Below are positions 23,095-35,704 of a DNA stretch of 64,000 nt, in pieces. Within the stretch, counting starts at the first letter, position 1; each line of letters begins with the position of its first letter. The translations under genes and the position numbers were made by a program. The notes beneath the pieces are model-generated. The model saw nothing but the letters and a program-made list of their open reading frames with translations, ran no database searches and was not told the origin of the DNA. Source of the DNA: Vicugna vicugna (Eukaryota); NCBI GenBank assembly GCA_013265495.1, contig MU063496.1, forward strand, positions 434,001 to 498,000, in the 5' to 3' direction.

Positions 23095-24005
23095 AGGGAA
23101 ATGCAAATGCATCAGGGAAATGCAAATCAAAACCACAAGGAGTATCACCTCAAACCTGTTAGATGGCTATCATCAAAAAGACAAGAGATAAATGCTGGCG
23201 AGATGTGGAGAAAAGGGACCCCTNNNNNNNNNNNNNNNNNNNNNNNNNNNNNNNNNNNNNNNNNNNNNNNNNNNNNNNNNNNNNNNNNNNNNNNNNNNNN
23301 NNNNNNNNNNNNNNNNNNNNNNNNNNNNNNNNNNNNNNNNNNNNNNNNNNNNNATGAACACAAGATAAACGGTCTCTGCACACCCACGGTCACTGCAGCG
23401 TTATTCACAACGGACAAGATACGGAAACAACCCAAGTGTCCATCAGTGGATGAATGCGTACAGAGGTGTGATAGATATAATATGGAATCTTATTCAGCCC
23501 AGAGAAAGGAGGAAATCCTGCCATTTGTGACAACATGGGTGCACCCTGAGGGCATTATGCTAAGGAGAGAAGCCAGACAGAGAAAGACAAGGTATCACTT
23601 ATACGTGGAATCTTAAAAAAAAAAAATCAACTCATAGAAACAAAGAGTAGAAAAGTGGTTGCCAGGGGCTGGCAGGAGGTGGGGAAAACACGGAGAAGTT
23701 GGTAAAAGGGTAAGAACTTTCAGGTATAAGATGAATAAGGTCTGAGGTGCTAATGTAGAAGAACATGGTGACGAGAGTTGATAACGCTGTGTTGTGTAAT
23801 TGAAATTTGCTAAGAGAGTCAAACGTAAGTGTTCACACACGTGCACACGAAGATAAATGTGTGAGGTGATGGATGTGTTAATTCACTAGGTGGGGAGAAT
23901 CCTTTCACAATGTATATGAACATCCAATCACCATGATGCATCTTACAATTGTATTTGTCCATAATACATCAATAAAGCTGAAATTAAAAAAAAAAAAAAA
24001 GAAAA
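23095..24005 (+). mobile_element. LINE-1 3' end (L1MA9-like), 5'-truncated, with poly(A) tail
   Basis: ORF2 C-terminal peptide CTPTVTAALFTTDKIRKQPKCPSVDE in ORF 23101-23616; typical 3' UTR; AATAAA followed by an A15 tail at about 23986-24000. Confidence 0.9.
23224..23353. other. assembly gap (130 N) inside the L1
   Basis: Run of N characters. Confidence 1.
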
Positions 24006-25030
24006 GTAGAGCATAGATTTCCTTGTTAAAAGGACCAAGTCTTAAAGGAGCCCTGGGTGGGTCCTCCCAGCATCCCTAAGCTCACCTCTGGTCAGCTACA
24101 GGCCTGACAGTGACGGGGTCCCTAGGGAAAGTTCTCCTTCTAGCTGGAGACTCGCACCCCGGCTGTTAGGGGATCCTCCAGGGAGGCGGACTGCCTGAGT
24201 TGTGTGCCAGGACTCAATGACCCCTGGTACCACCAGACCGCTGAGGCCAAACTCTGGAGCTGCTGGAAGTGACCTCTACCCCAGACCTGGCATTTCCCTG
24301 AACCACCCCAGGTATGACCGGCTGGGAGGCCACCCCTCAGTCTGCCCGAGCCAGTGGGCTCCTGGCCTCTGGAAGTGCTAGCACTTGTGGTCCACTGAGC
24401 TTTCTGACTCTTCCTCGGATAGTTCAAAGAACCTTAGCCTAAGTGAATTCGCTACTTGAGGTCTTGTGCACTGAAGTGAAATTCAAGCCATTGATTCTAG
24501 AGTCTGGCGTCACCAGCCTGTTTTACAAAAAGACCCGCAGCATCCTAGAATCCTTTGGCCTTTTTCCTTAAGAGACAAGAAGTCAGATTTCTCTTGTGAG
24601 GTAAGCCCTGAGTCTTCAAAGGTCTAGCTTCAGGGAGCAAGGACAGATTTAAGCTGCTCAAGTCCTTACTGCAGGAGCAAACCTCCCCTCTAGGTTACCA
24701 TGGACAGTTGTGCAGTCTGGGCACTGCACAAATGCACCCAGCAAGGATGTGGGAAGAGTGAGCATGAGGGCTGAGATCCAGCCCACACTGCTGTCACCAA
24801 TGGCATGGATGCCCTCCAGTTGCCTCCTCCCAGAGAGGGATGCACAAAGGCCCAGTGCTGGCTCTAGCTCTACTTCTCAAACCAGATATTCATCAGGGAC
24901 AGCATGTGGTCCCTCTGCAGATGATCAGGCTGCTGCTCAGATCACATGTGACACACCTCACAAGCTGACAATACTCAACTGTATTGTATAACATATATTT
25001 CCTGTTCGAAGAGACAAATCTATGTCATTG

Positions 25031-25038
25031 TGACGTCA
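25031..25038. promoter_or_regulatory. full palindromic CRE (TGACGTCA) in non-repeat DNA
   Basis: Exact CREB/ATF octamer with intact CpG. Motif match only. Confidence 0.25.
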
Positions 25039-25484
25039 AATTTTCATCCAAGAGTCTAGGCAATTTCTGGGCTTGTCTTGCCTCCACCAGTTAACCGTTT
25101 ACCTGGCCCTGGGCCCAGAGGCAGCCCTGCCCTCACCCATCATGAATCCCCCACAGGGACAGTCTGGGGCCTCCTGACCTCACTTTCTTGGAAGAGGATC
25201 AGAAAGCCAGGGCAGAGGCAAGATCTGAGAGTGAGCGGAGGGGCAGAGGGCTGTCCAGAAGGGAAGGGCAGTGAGGCCCTCCTTTCACAGCTGCCTGGAT
25301 TTCCACCACACCTGCACACGCTCTCAGCAGCTTCCCCGCTGGTGTGGACGGGCCATTTTGGGGGAAACGCTGACTCTCCAGGTCCTGAGAGTCTGCCTGG
25401 GTTGTGCCCTGTTTGTGAGAAGGCAGATGTTTGAAACCTCTATGTCACCGCAGAATCCTGGGCCAGGCCCCGGTGGCATGAGCA

Positions 25485-26055
25485 GCACATGGTTACTGCA
25501 ACATAACGGGCCGCTCCCAAACATGATGGCTTTAAAAGCATTATCTTTTTTTTTTTTTTCTCATAGTTCCGTAGAGCTGACCAGGTTCAGCTGGGTGGGA
25601 GGTTCTGGCCTGAGGTTGTTCAGGCAGTTGTGGTCAGGTGGCAGCTGAAGGCTCAGCAGGGCTAAAAGTTGGTGGGGACGGTTTTCTTTATTCACATGTC
25701 TGATGCCTCCGGTGGGGACGCTAGAATAGCTGGGGCCCAGCCAGATCGCTCTCTCTCTCTACCCCCGAAACTTCTCCATGTGGCCAGCTTGGGCTTCCTT
25801 ATGACATGGCGGTCTCAGAGTAGTCAGACTTCACGCATGGTAAGTGGCTTCCCCCAGGATGAGCCTTCCCAGAGATCCAAGTGAGAGCTGCAGTGCCTTC
25901 TTTTCATGCGGCCTTAGACGCCGCAGAGTTAAGCTCACTGCATTCTGTTGGTGCACACAGGGCCAGCCCTTGCTCAGGGGGAGGGGGCTGTATGAGGGCA
26001 TGAGTACCAGGAGGCATGGTTCATTGAGGGCACCATCTTTGGACACTGTCTGCCG
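25485..26055 (-). mobile_element. MaLR LTR, MLT1H-like
   Basis: CTCCATGTGGCCAGCTTGGGCTTCCTTATGACATGGCGGTCTCAGAGTAGTCAGACTT and GGGCATGAGTACCAGGAGGCATGGTTCATTGAGGGC are antisense MLT1H blocks. Confidence 0.8.
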
Positions 26056-26216
26056 GAAGGGCGTCTTCCTACAGCTGAGGCAGGGTGTGGGAAGTAAGGC
26101 CAAAGGCAGCCAGGGCAGAACAGACTGACTGTTCCCTCTGGCTCAGAATTAAGCTGGACCTTTTCAGAAATGTCATTCACTGATTTCACAATTGCTCTCT
26201 GCCACCTGCCACAAGG

Positions 26217-26227
26217 ATGACTCAGCA
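26217..26227 (+). promoter_or_regulatory. perfect NF-E2/NRF2 ARE motif
   Basis: ATGACTCAGCA matches RTGACTCAGCA. Motif match only. Confidence 0.3.
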
Positions 26228-26984
26228 CCAGCCCTACCCACAGGGCGCCCAGAGTCACTTACTGTCAGGAATACAGGTGCCTTTTTCCTACAGGAAATTG
26301 TACTTCAAGGTAGAGATGTTCCTGTCCTCATTATTCAATCCAAATCACTGATTAAATATGTATATTTTTAGTTAACTACAGCCTACTCCATGGTCCAGCT
26401 AGTTCAGAAATGGCCAGGAGTGTTTCCCTAGAGCACAATCTCAAAATTATTTCACTCACTAGCGGATTTATCACCAGACCAAGGAAGTACGCAATTCTAT
26501 ATCTAACCACCCCTGTGATTCTGATCAAGCTCTTCTCTTTCCAAGCCTTGGTTTTCTCCTCCTAAGAGAAGGGGTTATAGGAGAGAAATGAGGTTGACCA
26601 GATGACTGGATTCTGAGAGCCACCATCACTGTCAATGGTCTCCAACTATTTCTGTGGCTTTGGGCAAGTCCCTACCCCTGTCAGGCTGTAAGAAAGATGG
26701 GAATTCAGACAAGATAACTCAAGGGTCCTTCCAGCACCACGATTCTTCAATTCAGACTCCCATCTGGACTCACTTCAGCATATGCAAGAACGCATCCATC
26801 GCCTTAGGACCGGTATTCAGGCCCAGCTGTTCAGTGAAGACTGTTAGTCCCAGATCCGAGCCCCCAGCAGTTCAAACCATTGTAGACAGGCAGACGCTGT
26901 CACAGAAACTGATCTGGAATCTATTCACTGGCTCCCAAGTACAGCTGAGCGATGCGCCAGGCTGGGTGGCAGCTTGGTAGAGGA

Positions 26985-27190
26985 GGAAAGACTGAGATGA
27001 GGGGTTAGCCAGGCTGGGTAAAAATCCAGCTCCTACTTGGATATGGCATGACCTTGAGAAATTTCTTAATCTTTCTGAGCCTCCGTGTCCCCATCTGTAG
27101 AATGAGGACAATAATGCACCCCTCCCAGGAGAAGCCCAAAGATTCAAGATCATATCTGAGAAATCTTGATGTAGTGTCTGTCATTCTTCA
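26985..27190 (+). mobile_element. MIR SINE
   Basis: CATGACCTTGAGAAATTTCTTAATCTTTCTGAGCCTCCGTGTCCCCATCTGTAGAATGAGGACAATAAT is the MIR core. Confidence 0.75.
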
Positions 27191-27934
27191 AACCGCACAC
27201 TGGAAAACAACGCCTGATTTGAAGGCGATGGTGCTGATCCTTGTCTCTGGCGCAGAGCCTTCCCTGAGATAATTTAGGAGGTCTGGGCTTGGGAGTGCTC
27301 CCCGGGCAGAGCTGCCATCTCCCCGGTCAGCCACGGGATGGATAGGCCCCTAGCCCAGCTGCAAGGGCTATCCGTGCTGCCGCCTCTAAAGCCTCTGAAG
27401 ATGCTCTGGGCTGTCATGCGCTCCGCACGCCGCGCTAAAAAATGGCTCCAAAGGAAAGTAAGCAGACATTCCAGGCCATAAATATTTCAGAGCGGAATGA
27501 ACGTCCTTCCCCCAGCACCGACTTGCCATATATATTATTTATAAAACCATAACTTGAGTTGAAAGGTAGTCATCGAAAGAGTAGACAGTCTCAGTCAGAT
27601 TCACTTGGTGATTGGAAAAACAATCTAGAAGGAGAGAAAATGGTATCTGGACTAGATGATGTCACCGGAGGTCACCTGGCCCCGCCCCCGGGCTCCAGCC
27701 CAGCCCCAGCGGAGTCTGGCCAGAGTGACATGATGGGACATCTGGGAGAGGCACTGGACACCAGCAAACTGCGGGGTTTACGCAGCTCAGGTCCTCACTA
27801 GGCTTTCAGGAAGCATCTGCTAAATTACAAACAAGAGTCCATAAATTTTAAAAATAATCTTTCATTCACCTTTATAATAAGGAACAGAGAAAAGAGGCTG
27901 GGAAGGGCTGCTGCGGGCTATTGGGTCAACAGAG

Positions 27935-28060
27935 AGCACTCTGGACCAGGAATCGGGAGACTTGGGTTCTCATTCCAGCTCTGCTTTTTCATGGTGTGAC
28001 GTCCGGCAGGTCACTGTGCCTTCCTGGACTCAATTTTCCCGCCTGTGAAATGGAGGGCTC
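27935..28060 (+). mobile_element. MIR SINE fragment
   Basis: GGAGACTTGGGTTCTCATTCCAGCTCTGC...GTGTGAC...CTCAATTTTCCCGCCTGTGAAATGG. Confidence 0.7.
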
Positions 28061-28175
28061 AGTGGTCCTCAGTCCACGAGACCCAGCATCCTTGTCCTGC
28101 AGCGAATGCTTGGTCACATCTCCTTTTCTCTCTAGAAATAAAGGTCGTCGATAATGTAACCTATCTGCATGCATA

Positions 28176-28425
28176 ATTTTAGTTTATTTTTGTTTATGGT
28201 GTTACAGAATGTTACGATTACATTCTTTTATATGCAGCTGTCCAGTTTTTCCAGCACAACTTATTGAAGAGATTTTTTTCCCCATTGTCTATTCCTGCCT
28301 CCTTTGTCGTAGATTAGTTGGCCATAAGTGCGTGGGTTTATTTCTGGCCTTTCTATCCTGTTCCATTGATCTGTATGTCTGTTTTGGTGCCCCAGGACCA
28401 TACTGTTTTGATCACTGCAGCTTTG
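28176..28425 (-). mobile_element. isolated internal LINE-1 ORF2 fragment
   Basis: GCTGTCCAGTTTTTCCAGCACAACTTATTGAAGAGA...GTGGGTTTATTTCTGG...CCATACTGTTTTGATCACTGCAGCTTTG is antisense L1 ORF2. No 3' UTR or poly(A) on its left. Confidence 0.85.
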
Positions 28426-29881
28426 CTTATATAATTAAAACATCAGCCAAGTGAAGACTTAACCCAGCGATATGTACCTGTTCATATATTCACCATGAAT
28501 GTGGCATTTCCAAATGCGGGCTGGCACTGTGCTGTTGTATCAGCCACTTGAATACCACGAGCAGCCTTGCACCTGGGGACATGATTACCTGACACTGTGA
28601 ACACCCTTGGTAAAATCCTATGACAAAACAAAGGACCATCTTTCTCAGTTTTCCCTGTAGTTGCACGCCTGGGAGAGTCCATGTAGATTAAAACCATGCA
28701 AAAAAAATACTGTGTGTTAGTGTGTAAAACAGAGCTCAGGTCTCACCTTAGATCATTTTGAACAGGTTTTTAACCCATAGGAATATCTGGTAGGATATCT
28801 GGGGTTTGCGTGGGATGCAGCAACCGTTCTTCAAGGAGCAGGGGCGTTGGGCACATTACAGAGTCCTGGGCATCCCTGCCTGCCAAGTACCGGTCCCCTT
28901 CCCAGCATCATGAGTGACGATTAAATGCCCCCAGGATGGAGGGAGCCCACAGAGAGCCTCTGGGCAGGCTGTTCCAAAGGCCCTTCTGCACTGCTCTGAG
29001 CACCCGACGCCTCCCACGAATGGCTCAGTGACAAACATTAACCTTAAGTTCAGCCTGGCCACAAGGTGACCACTTCAGTCCCTGCCCTGCCATCACATTT
29101 TGGTGGCAGCAGTGGCCAGACTTTCCAGACACACCCACCACTGCTTGAATGGAGGCTGGAGCCGGGGTACATATGTGGAAGAGATGCCGGATCCTTCCCC
29201 TCCCCAACCTGGGCAGTCAGGTATCTGATGGGCACCCTGGAAGTGGAGGCTTCAACATCTGAACAGCAGCACCATGCGCGCCCTAGAGGAGGCGAGGGGG
29301 CGAAGCCGGGCTCCTGGGGCTGTGAACACCCACAGCGCCCACCCCTTGCCACGCCTCCACTGTCAGCATCCACTCAGAGCGTGGGTTCTGCCCCTGAGCC
29401 CTGGCGATGGTGAGGTCTTGCTGCTCCATTGAATATGTATGTGAATCTTAACTCTTTCTTGCAGTCCAGCTGGGGAGCAGTGGGAAGGTCAGAGAAGAGC
29501 TGTAGTTAAGTGTTGGAGTCAAGATGTCTTGAAGATAACAATAGCTATGTTCTGGAAGATCCAGGAAGCTCCTGCATCCTTCCTGTGAATAAACATCTCC
29601 CCAACAGCCCCTCAACCACCACATCCCATCCACAGCTCTCGGCTGCCCACCCTTCTCCAGACAGGACCACACAGAGCCCTGAGGGGGCCGTTGTTCAGGC
29701 CCAGGAAAGGCTCCCATCACAACTGCCTCAGATGGTTGGTGAGCTGGTTTTGGTTTTAATTCTTCTATTATGTGTTCACTATAGGAAATTTAGAAAACAC
29801 AAAAAAGTATGAAGACAGAAATAAACATCACTAGTAATTCCACGACCCAGAGGTAGCTCCAGCTAATGTCGGGGGGTGGGT

Positions 29882-29985
29882 GCATGTGTGTGTGTGTGTG
29901 TGAATGTGTGTACATGTCTAAACGTATATGCATATACTTGTATATACATATATGTACGCACACACATACACACATACACAGAGAT
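29882..29985. repeat. compound alternating purine-pyrimidine microsatellite (TG)n-(TA-rich)-(CA)n
   Basis: TGTGTGTGTGTGTGTG...GTATATGCATATAC...TATATACATATATG...CACACACATACACACATACAC, inside an L1ME-like remnant (about 29760-29870). Confidence 0.85.
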
Positions 29986-32900
29986 ATGCTGTAGGATAGC
30001 AAGAATGAACTTCAAATAACTTAAACTTCCCGATTTTTGCTCCCATCTAAGAAGTGGGATTCCAAGCTCTCACCTGGAGAGAGGCAGTCACCCAGGGCAG
30101 ACCCACGGAGACAATGAGATGGATGAGTTGCAGCAGAAATGACGGCCACCTGGCAGAAAGAAGGGGGCTCAGGAGACCCAGAAGACACTCCTGGCACCAA
30201 GGCCAAGTCCACTTCTCCAGGGCTGCACAATCCTTGGGGGCTGACTAAGGAAGGATGGGGGCTGGGGGGGGCTTTTTCCTAGAGGCGTCCTGTTAAAAGT
30301 GAACACAGCGTGATTCTCAGCTCCCAGGCCAGAGAGGCTGCCCTGCAGTCCCTGCCCTCTGTTGGCGGTCAGCAAACGTTCGGGGACACAAGCATCCCAT
30401 CAGAAAAGATCCGGGTTTCTGGGAGCCACTTTGCAGCTGCCTGGCCTGCGCCAGAAACCAAGAGAGTCTCAAAGCTCTGGGGGTCGTGCCCAGCCCTGGG
30501 CTCATAGCTGCTTTAGGGAGACAGACACGCATGAAGCCACGGAGAGACAGCCCACAGCCTCATGCCACTGCAGGGCAGCCTGGGCAGGGCCTAAGGGCGG
30601 CCCTGCTGTCACACTGCTCTGTCACTCCCCAGTTGACCTCTAAGCCTCAGTTTATTTGGCTTTAAAATGGGCATAAAACATAAACATTATAAGTTTATTT
30701 GGAGAACTCAATGAGCAAAATGCCTATAAACTGTTCTGTAAGTGGTCACCTTATAATTACTATATCCAGAGTTTCCCCAGGACTTGCCAGCCACTTTCTT
30801 GTAAAAAGCCCCATCTCTCTGGCTCTCACCCCCTGCTAATGTAGGACCTCCCTCCCCAAACCTCACCCCGCAGCTGGAAGTGCCCTGGGATGCTTCCTGC
30901 GAGCTCAGGGTTTTCTCTGCTACCAGCGGGACCACACGATGCTTTCTCCCTCCTGGCCAAGACTGCCTGCTTGCACAGGAGCCCCCCCCCCCCGCCCCGT
31001 AACCTCACTGCCAGAGAGAAGTGCCTCTCTACCTCCCAGGGAGCCCCCACCTGTGGTCCCCAGCCAAGGTGGGAGTGCTCCACATTCTGAGCTGTGCCCC
31101 TCTGTCAGACAGGCTCTGGGCAGGAGGCCGGTTACCTCGCCATCCCACCGCTCCTCAGCCCCAGTGCTCCCGCTCTTGCCAGCAGCCATCTCCATGTGGG
31201 CCAGACCCCAGGCCAGAGACCGGTTGGGTGCAACTTCGCCTTCACCCCCTGTTCAGACCGATGGCTCTGGGTAGGCGGCCCAGCCCACCCTACGGCCCAT
31301 GCCTGCTGGGACATTTTTCCATGCCCACGGTGGACACACATCTGCCACCCAGCATCAGCATCAGAGCAGTGGAACAGGGGTGGCAGGAGTGGTCCATGGG
31401 CTGGGAATAGTCTGGAAGTCACCTCAGAGAGAGCGCGGGCTGAGCTAGGAAGGCCTGCGCCATGATGGGGCCTGAGGTCAAGAGAGGGGTGGACCTTTCA
31501 GGCAAGGAAGGATGTGCACCCAGGCCCCAACCTGGGTCAGATGTCACCCAGCCAGCTGGGTGCCCACGAGGTCACAGGGGCCCCAAGGAAGACCCACCCC
31601 CAGGATCTGAAACATCAGACCCTCTCTCGGGCCCTTTGAGATCAAATGCCTTTATTCTCTCCTAATAGTTGAGGGGGAGAGAGCACCTGGCCCCGCTGAG
31701 ACGTGAGGGAATAGGGTCTGAAGTCACCGTATCACTCCTCAGAGGGTGAAGATGCCCCACCTGTGTTTGCAATACCTGTCTCAGGGGTGGACGTGAGACG
31801 AAGGGCAGGTGTGGATGTAAAAGACCCAGAACTGCAGGCTGGGCCCCTCCGTGCCCATGTGTGTGACTTCGAGGCCATCATTCACACACAGGCAGGCCTG
31901 GCGGAAACTTCCAGATGGGTGTCTTCTGTCAATGGGACAGTACGTCCCAGGAGGCCTGGCTCAGGCCCCAGGAACCTCCTGGACTTGCTCACAGTGGGGC
32001 TTCTCTGTTCTTCTAGTTGGTGGGCACAGAAAATCATCCAGGAAACAGCCTAGGTGGGCACGTGCTTCCTCAAATGTGTGTTTCCACCCCCAGGTCCCAG
32101 AAAGGCTCCAGGAGCAGCGGCCCTGCCCCCTGGCTGCAGCCCAGACCCACCTTCCCTCCAAGTCCGTCCTTAGCAGCCCTCTGGGCCCTCACAGAGCCGC
32201 CGCCTCATCTTGGACTCAGGCCCCTGCCAACCTCCCCCCATCTGTAACTTACTCCCCCCAAATTAAAGAAATAGAAATAAAAAAAAAACTGGACGAGTTA
32301 ATTTGCTAAAATGGAATGGAGTGCAATAACTGATTACATTTTTCCCCAAAGGAAACTTGAGCTAATTTGGCCGGTGACTCATATGCCAGGCTGCCAGTTA
32401 CAACACACCATCCCAGACACAACTCCTCCCTGGGCCCGGCTGGCGGCCGCCTCCCTGCTCAATGCTGCAGCCCCCAGTTTCCCCCATGAGAGGCGGGGGC
32501 CTGCGGAGCAGAGGGCCCGCTGGATAAAGAGCTGTTTGTAGCACTTCTGAAAGTGCGGGGCACATGCACGCACACATGCAGAAGCAGGCAAGCACACACG
32601 TGCACATACGCAAACACACACACACACACGGACACACACACTTGGGATGACACAATAAACTCTGGGATGGGCCACTCAGTAAATCACCCAGTAATAACCT
32701 CTGCATACCGATCGTGGGGAAAATCCAATTAAAGTAACTCATTTCTAAGTCCTTATTTTCCCAGCATCTTAAAGATGCTGGGGCGAGAAGAGGGGAGGCA
32801 GGGAATGAATGTGAACTCTGCTGAGCTCTGGGTAAAAACTCCTGGCCCAGCACCCCATTGTTTGAGGCCCCAGGTGGGCTTTTCTGACCTCTTGAGGTGA

Positions 32901-33116
32901 AGGGAACATTGGGACCCCACTCTTAGCAGTGATGCTCCTCACATGGCCACTTTCCTAATGAGGACAGCATGCAGCTCAGGCAGCAGCCCTCAAGGCATGC
33001 CCTGGAGTTAGAAGACCCCTGAGACCCAATCTTGTTACTTACATCCTGTGTGACTTTGATCAAGACATTTACCCTCTCTGAACCTCTATTTCTGTCTATC
33101 AAATAGCTTCCACATC

Positions 33117-33240
33117 TGATTGTACAACAATATGAATGTACTTACTACCACTGAATTGTACACTTAAAATGATTAAGGTGGTAAATTCTCTGTTATGTAT
33201 ATTTTAACACAATTTTTTTAATTGGAAAAAAAAGGAAACA
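33117..33240 (+). mobile_element. LINE-1 extreme 3' terminus (L1MB-like)
   Basis: TGTACAACAATATGAATGTACTTACTACCACTGAATTGTACACTTAAAATGATTAAGGTGGTAAATT followed by an A-rich tail. Confidence 0.85.
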
Positions 33241-33259
33241 TAAGCTTTCCCTTCCTCTT

Positions 33260-33480
33260 CCCCCCTTGCCACTAGTCGGGGTATAGAAATGATGGCAGGA
33301 GCTGGGGCAGCCTTTTTGGACTCAGATGTAGAATTCACCTGTTAAGTGTGGCAGAAAAGCAAGATAAAAGGATCCCGGTTCCTGTGACATTGTAGAGCTG
33401 CCATATAAGCCATGGATTGCTTGTGTTTGCTCTGTTATATGTGAGATAAATAAATTTCTTTGGGTTTTGGGGAAATATTT
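33260..33480 (+). mobile_element. MaLR LTR fragment, MLT1J/K-like
   Basis: ATGATGGCAGGAGCTGGGGCAGCC...GCAGAAAAGCAAGATAAAAGGATCCCGGTTCCTGTGACATTGTAGAGCTGCC...GTGAGATAAATAAATT. Confidence 0.65.
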
Positions 33481-35389
33481 ATGCTCAAATATGGAGAAAG
33501 CTAAAACCATTCTGAAGGACTCACTGGAACAAGGATGAGAGATATTCCCTGGGACCCCTCACCGAGTTATCCCCAGCCAGGGCACATGACTTAGGGTTCT
33601 GGGCTCTGGCCCAACTCACCCACCAGCTTCTGGATCTGATGGAGGGTGGGAGCGGAAGGGTCGAGGGGGCCCATGGCACTCGGTCCTCTTGCTAACCCCA
33701 TCTTACAGGAGAAGAAGCAGGTGAAGAGGAAGGAGGCCTGAGAGGCCACCAGAGCCCAGCGAGGGGCAGGCTCAGGAGAGAAGCAGGAGTCCTCACCACT
33801 CGCTACAGGTGGTCAGAGGCTCCAGCCGAGAAAATGGGTGCAGAGCCCATCCCCGACCCAAGGTCAGGGCTCTGTGCGGCCTCCCAGCCCTTACTGTGCC
33901 AGCTTACTCTGTGGGTCCCTGGGGGAGGAAGAAAGCTGAGAAAGAGGGAATTGCTGGGAACAGGGGAGAGGTGGAGAAAATGTTTGCTGGCTTCCCAGGA
34001 GGGCCTCTTGCCTCCTTGGGAAACCCAGGAAGTGTTATCAGAATGAAGGACAAAGATGCCTGTCCCAGCATAAGCGCTCAGAAATCTCTCCCTGTAGGTT
34101 GACACCCCAGGGGCAGGGCTCAGAGGGGCAAGACCCCTATCCCCAGACTCCTGCTTAAACTCGGGGCTCAAGGCTCAAGCACAGAATGACGGTGCACCCA
34201 TGACACGGCAGCCCAGGGGGACAGGGCAATGGCCAGGTCTCCGGGCAGCTGGCACCAGCTGTGCCCACTCTGAGGCTCACCCAGAACCAACCATGACCTT
34301 GACATTGGCCGGTGCTCCTGTCGCCAGGCATCTGCACAGACTTGGGGTGGGCTGGGCCCTGCTGGAATCCTCCCTCTGCCCTCTTATAACCCCTGTCTCT
34401 GTAAGGAGATACCGACACTGGGAGAGAGGTGGGCTACAGGAGCTGACAGCCCTTGGCCAATGTGAGCCCCTCCCCTCCGCTGTGGGCATCTATGGCCCGG
34501 TGGCTCCTGGGAAGGGCGTTTCACAAGGACAAACAATGCTGGTCAAATCTGTGCATCTCCAGTTTCCACAACCACTGTTGTTTCAAGAAATAAAACATGT
34601 GCTGACGTGTCCCTTCCTCTCCAGAAAACAGAGACTCCGAGTGTGGCCAAAAACCAACAGGCGCAGTCACTACCCGGGCCTGTGAGGCCCCGCAGAGCCT
34701 GTGGGTCTCCATCCCGCCTTGTTCGGGGTCTGAAGCAGCGGGTTCTGGACTTTTCCAGGCCCCAGACACAGCAGGAGAAGCACATGAGTCCTCTTCGTGC
34801 ACCTGGCTTTTAAAAGCACACCGCATGGCTGCTTCATTTGTGACTATAGGGGTGTCTCATACATTCCACCTGAATATCCTTATACGGGATTCTCAGACTG
34901 AAGCCGTAAAGCTGGGGGGCCCCTCGATGTCCAACTTTACTGAGAAATTTCTCTCAGCGGCCACAGCCCAAGGGAGCATCTGCTGAGAGTGGGACTGTGG
35001 GCGGGGACTGAGGCCTGGGGATGGGGTCGAGGAGATAAGGGTCCTCACCTGGGAGCAGTCTGTCCACCTCTGGGGACACTGGAGGGCACCCAGCTGCCCC
35101 AGGAAGAGGTGTAGGGCCCAGAGGGCAGGTTGTCCCCAAATGCACAGCTAAAGGGGCAACTTTGTCCAGTGTTGCACTTACACACGGCCACACACAGACC
35201 TACATTTACACACACTCACACACGGATATACACACACAGAGACACAAAGAAGTACATTTACACACACACACACGTGCACACACACATACCACCACCACAC
35301 TAAGGCCCCCAATATCCTAAAGCAGGTGTGTCGGAGCCAGCCGACTATCGATCAGGTCCAGAAATCTGTGCTGCAGGACTGAGAAAAGA

Positions 35390-35423
35390 AAGACAAGACT
35401 AAAAGGAAGACAAGACTAAAAGG
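35390..35423 (+). repeat. 17-bp perfect tandem duplication in the predicted U5 of the LTR
   Basis: AAGACAAGACTAAAAGG twice. Confidence 0.95.
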
Positions 35424-35704
35424 TGGGGGAGAGGGTCTCACTCTAGCCCGCAAGACGCTAGGTCAAGAGTGGACCTCGTGTTTATTTCCAGCAGTTAATT
35501 TATATGCTTTTAACCCATAGGCAACAGTATCGTAGGTAACGGTATTGTTTTTATGATCTCTTAACAATGTGTACTAAAATCAGTAACTTGTGCATAGTTA
35601 CATACATCATTATTGTTTATATTTCTCATCCATCAAGACTAACCGTTCCCCAAGAGCTAACATCATTGATAACTGTTATTGTTCCTCTAGGCTAACATCG
35701 TGAT

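Noticed and set aside
26294-26309. Possible 16-nt microexon (CTTTTTCCTACAG/GAAATTGTACTTCAAG/GTAGAG)
   Set aside because: Not frame-preserving, mediocre donor, and no host gene identified.
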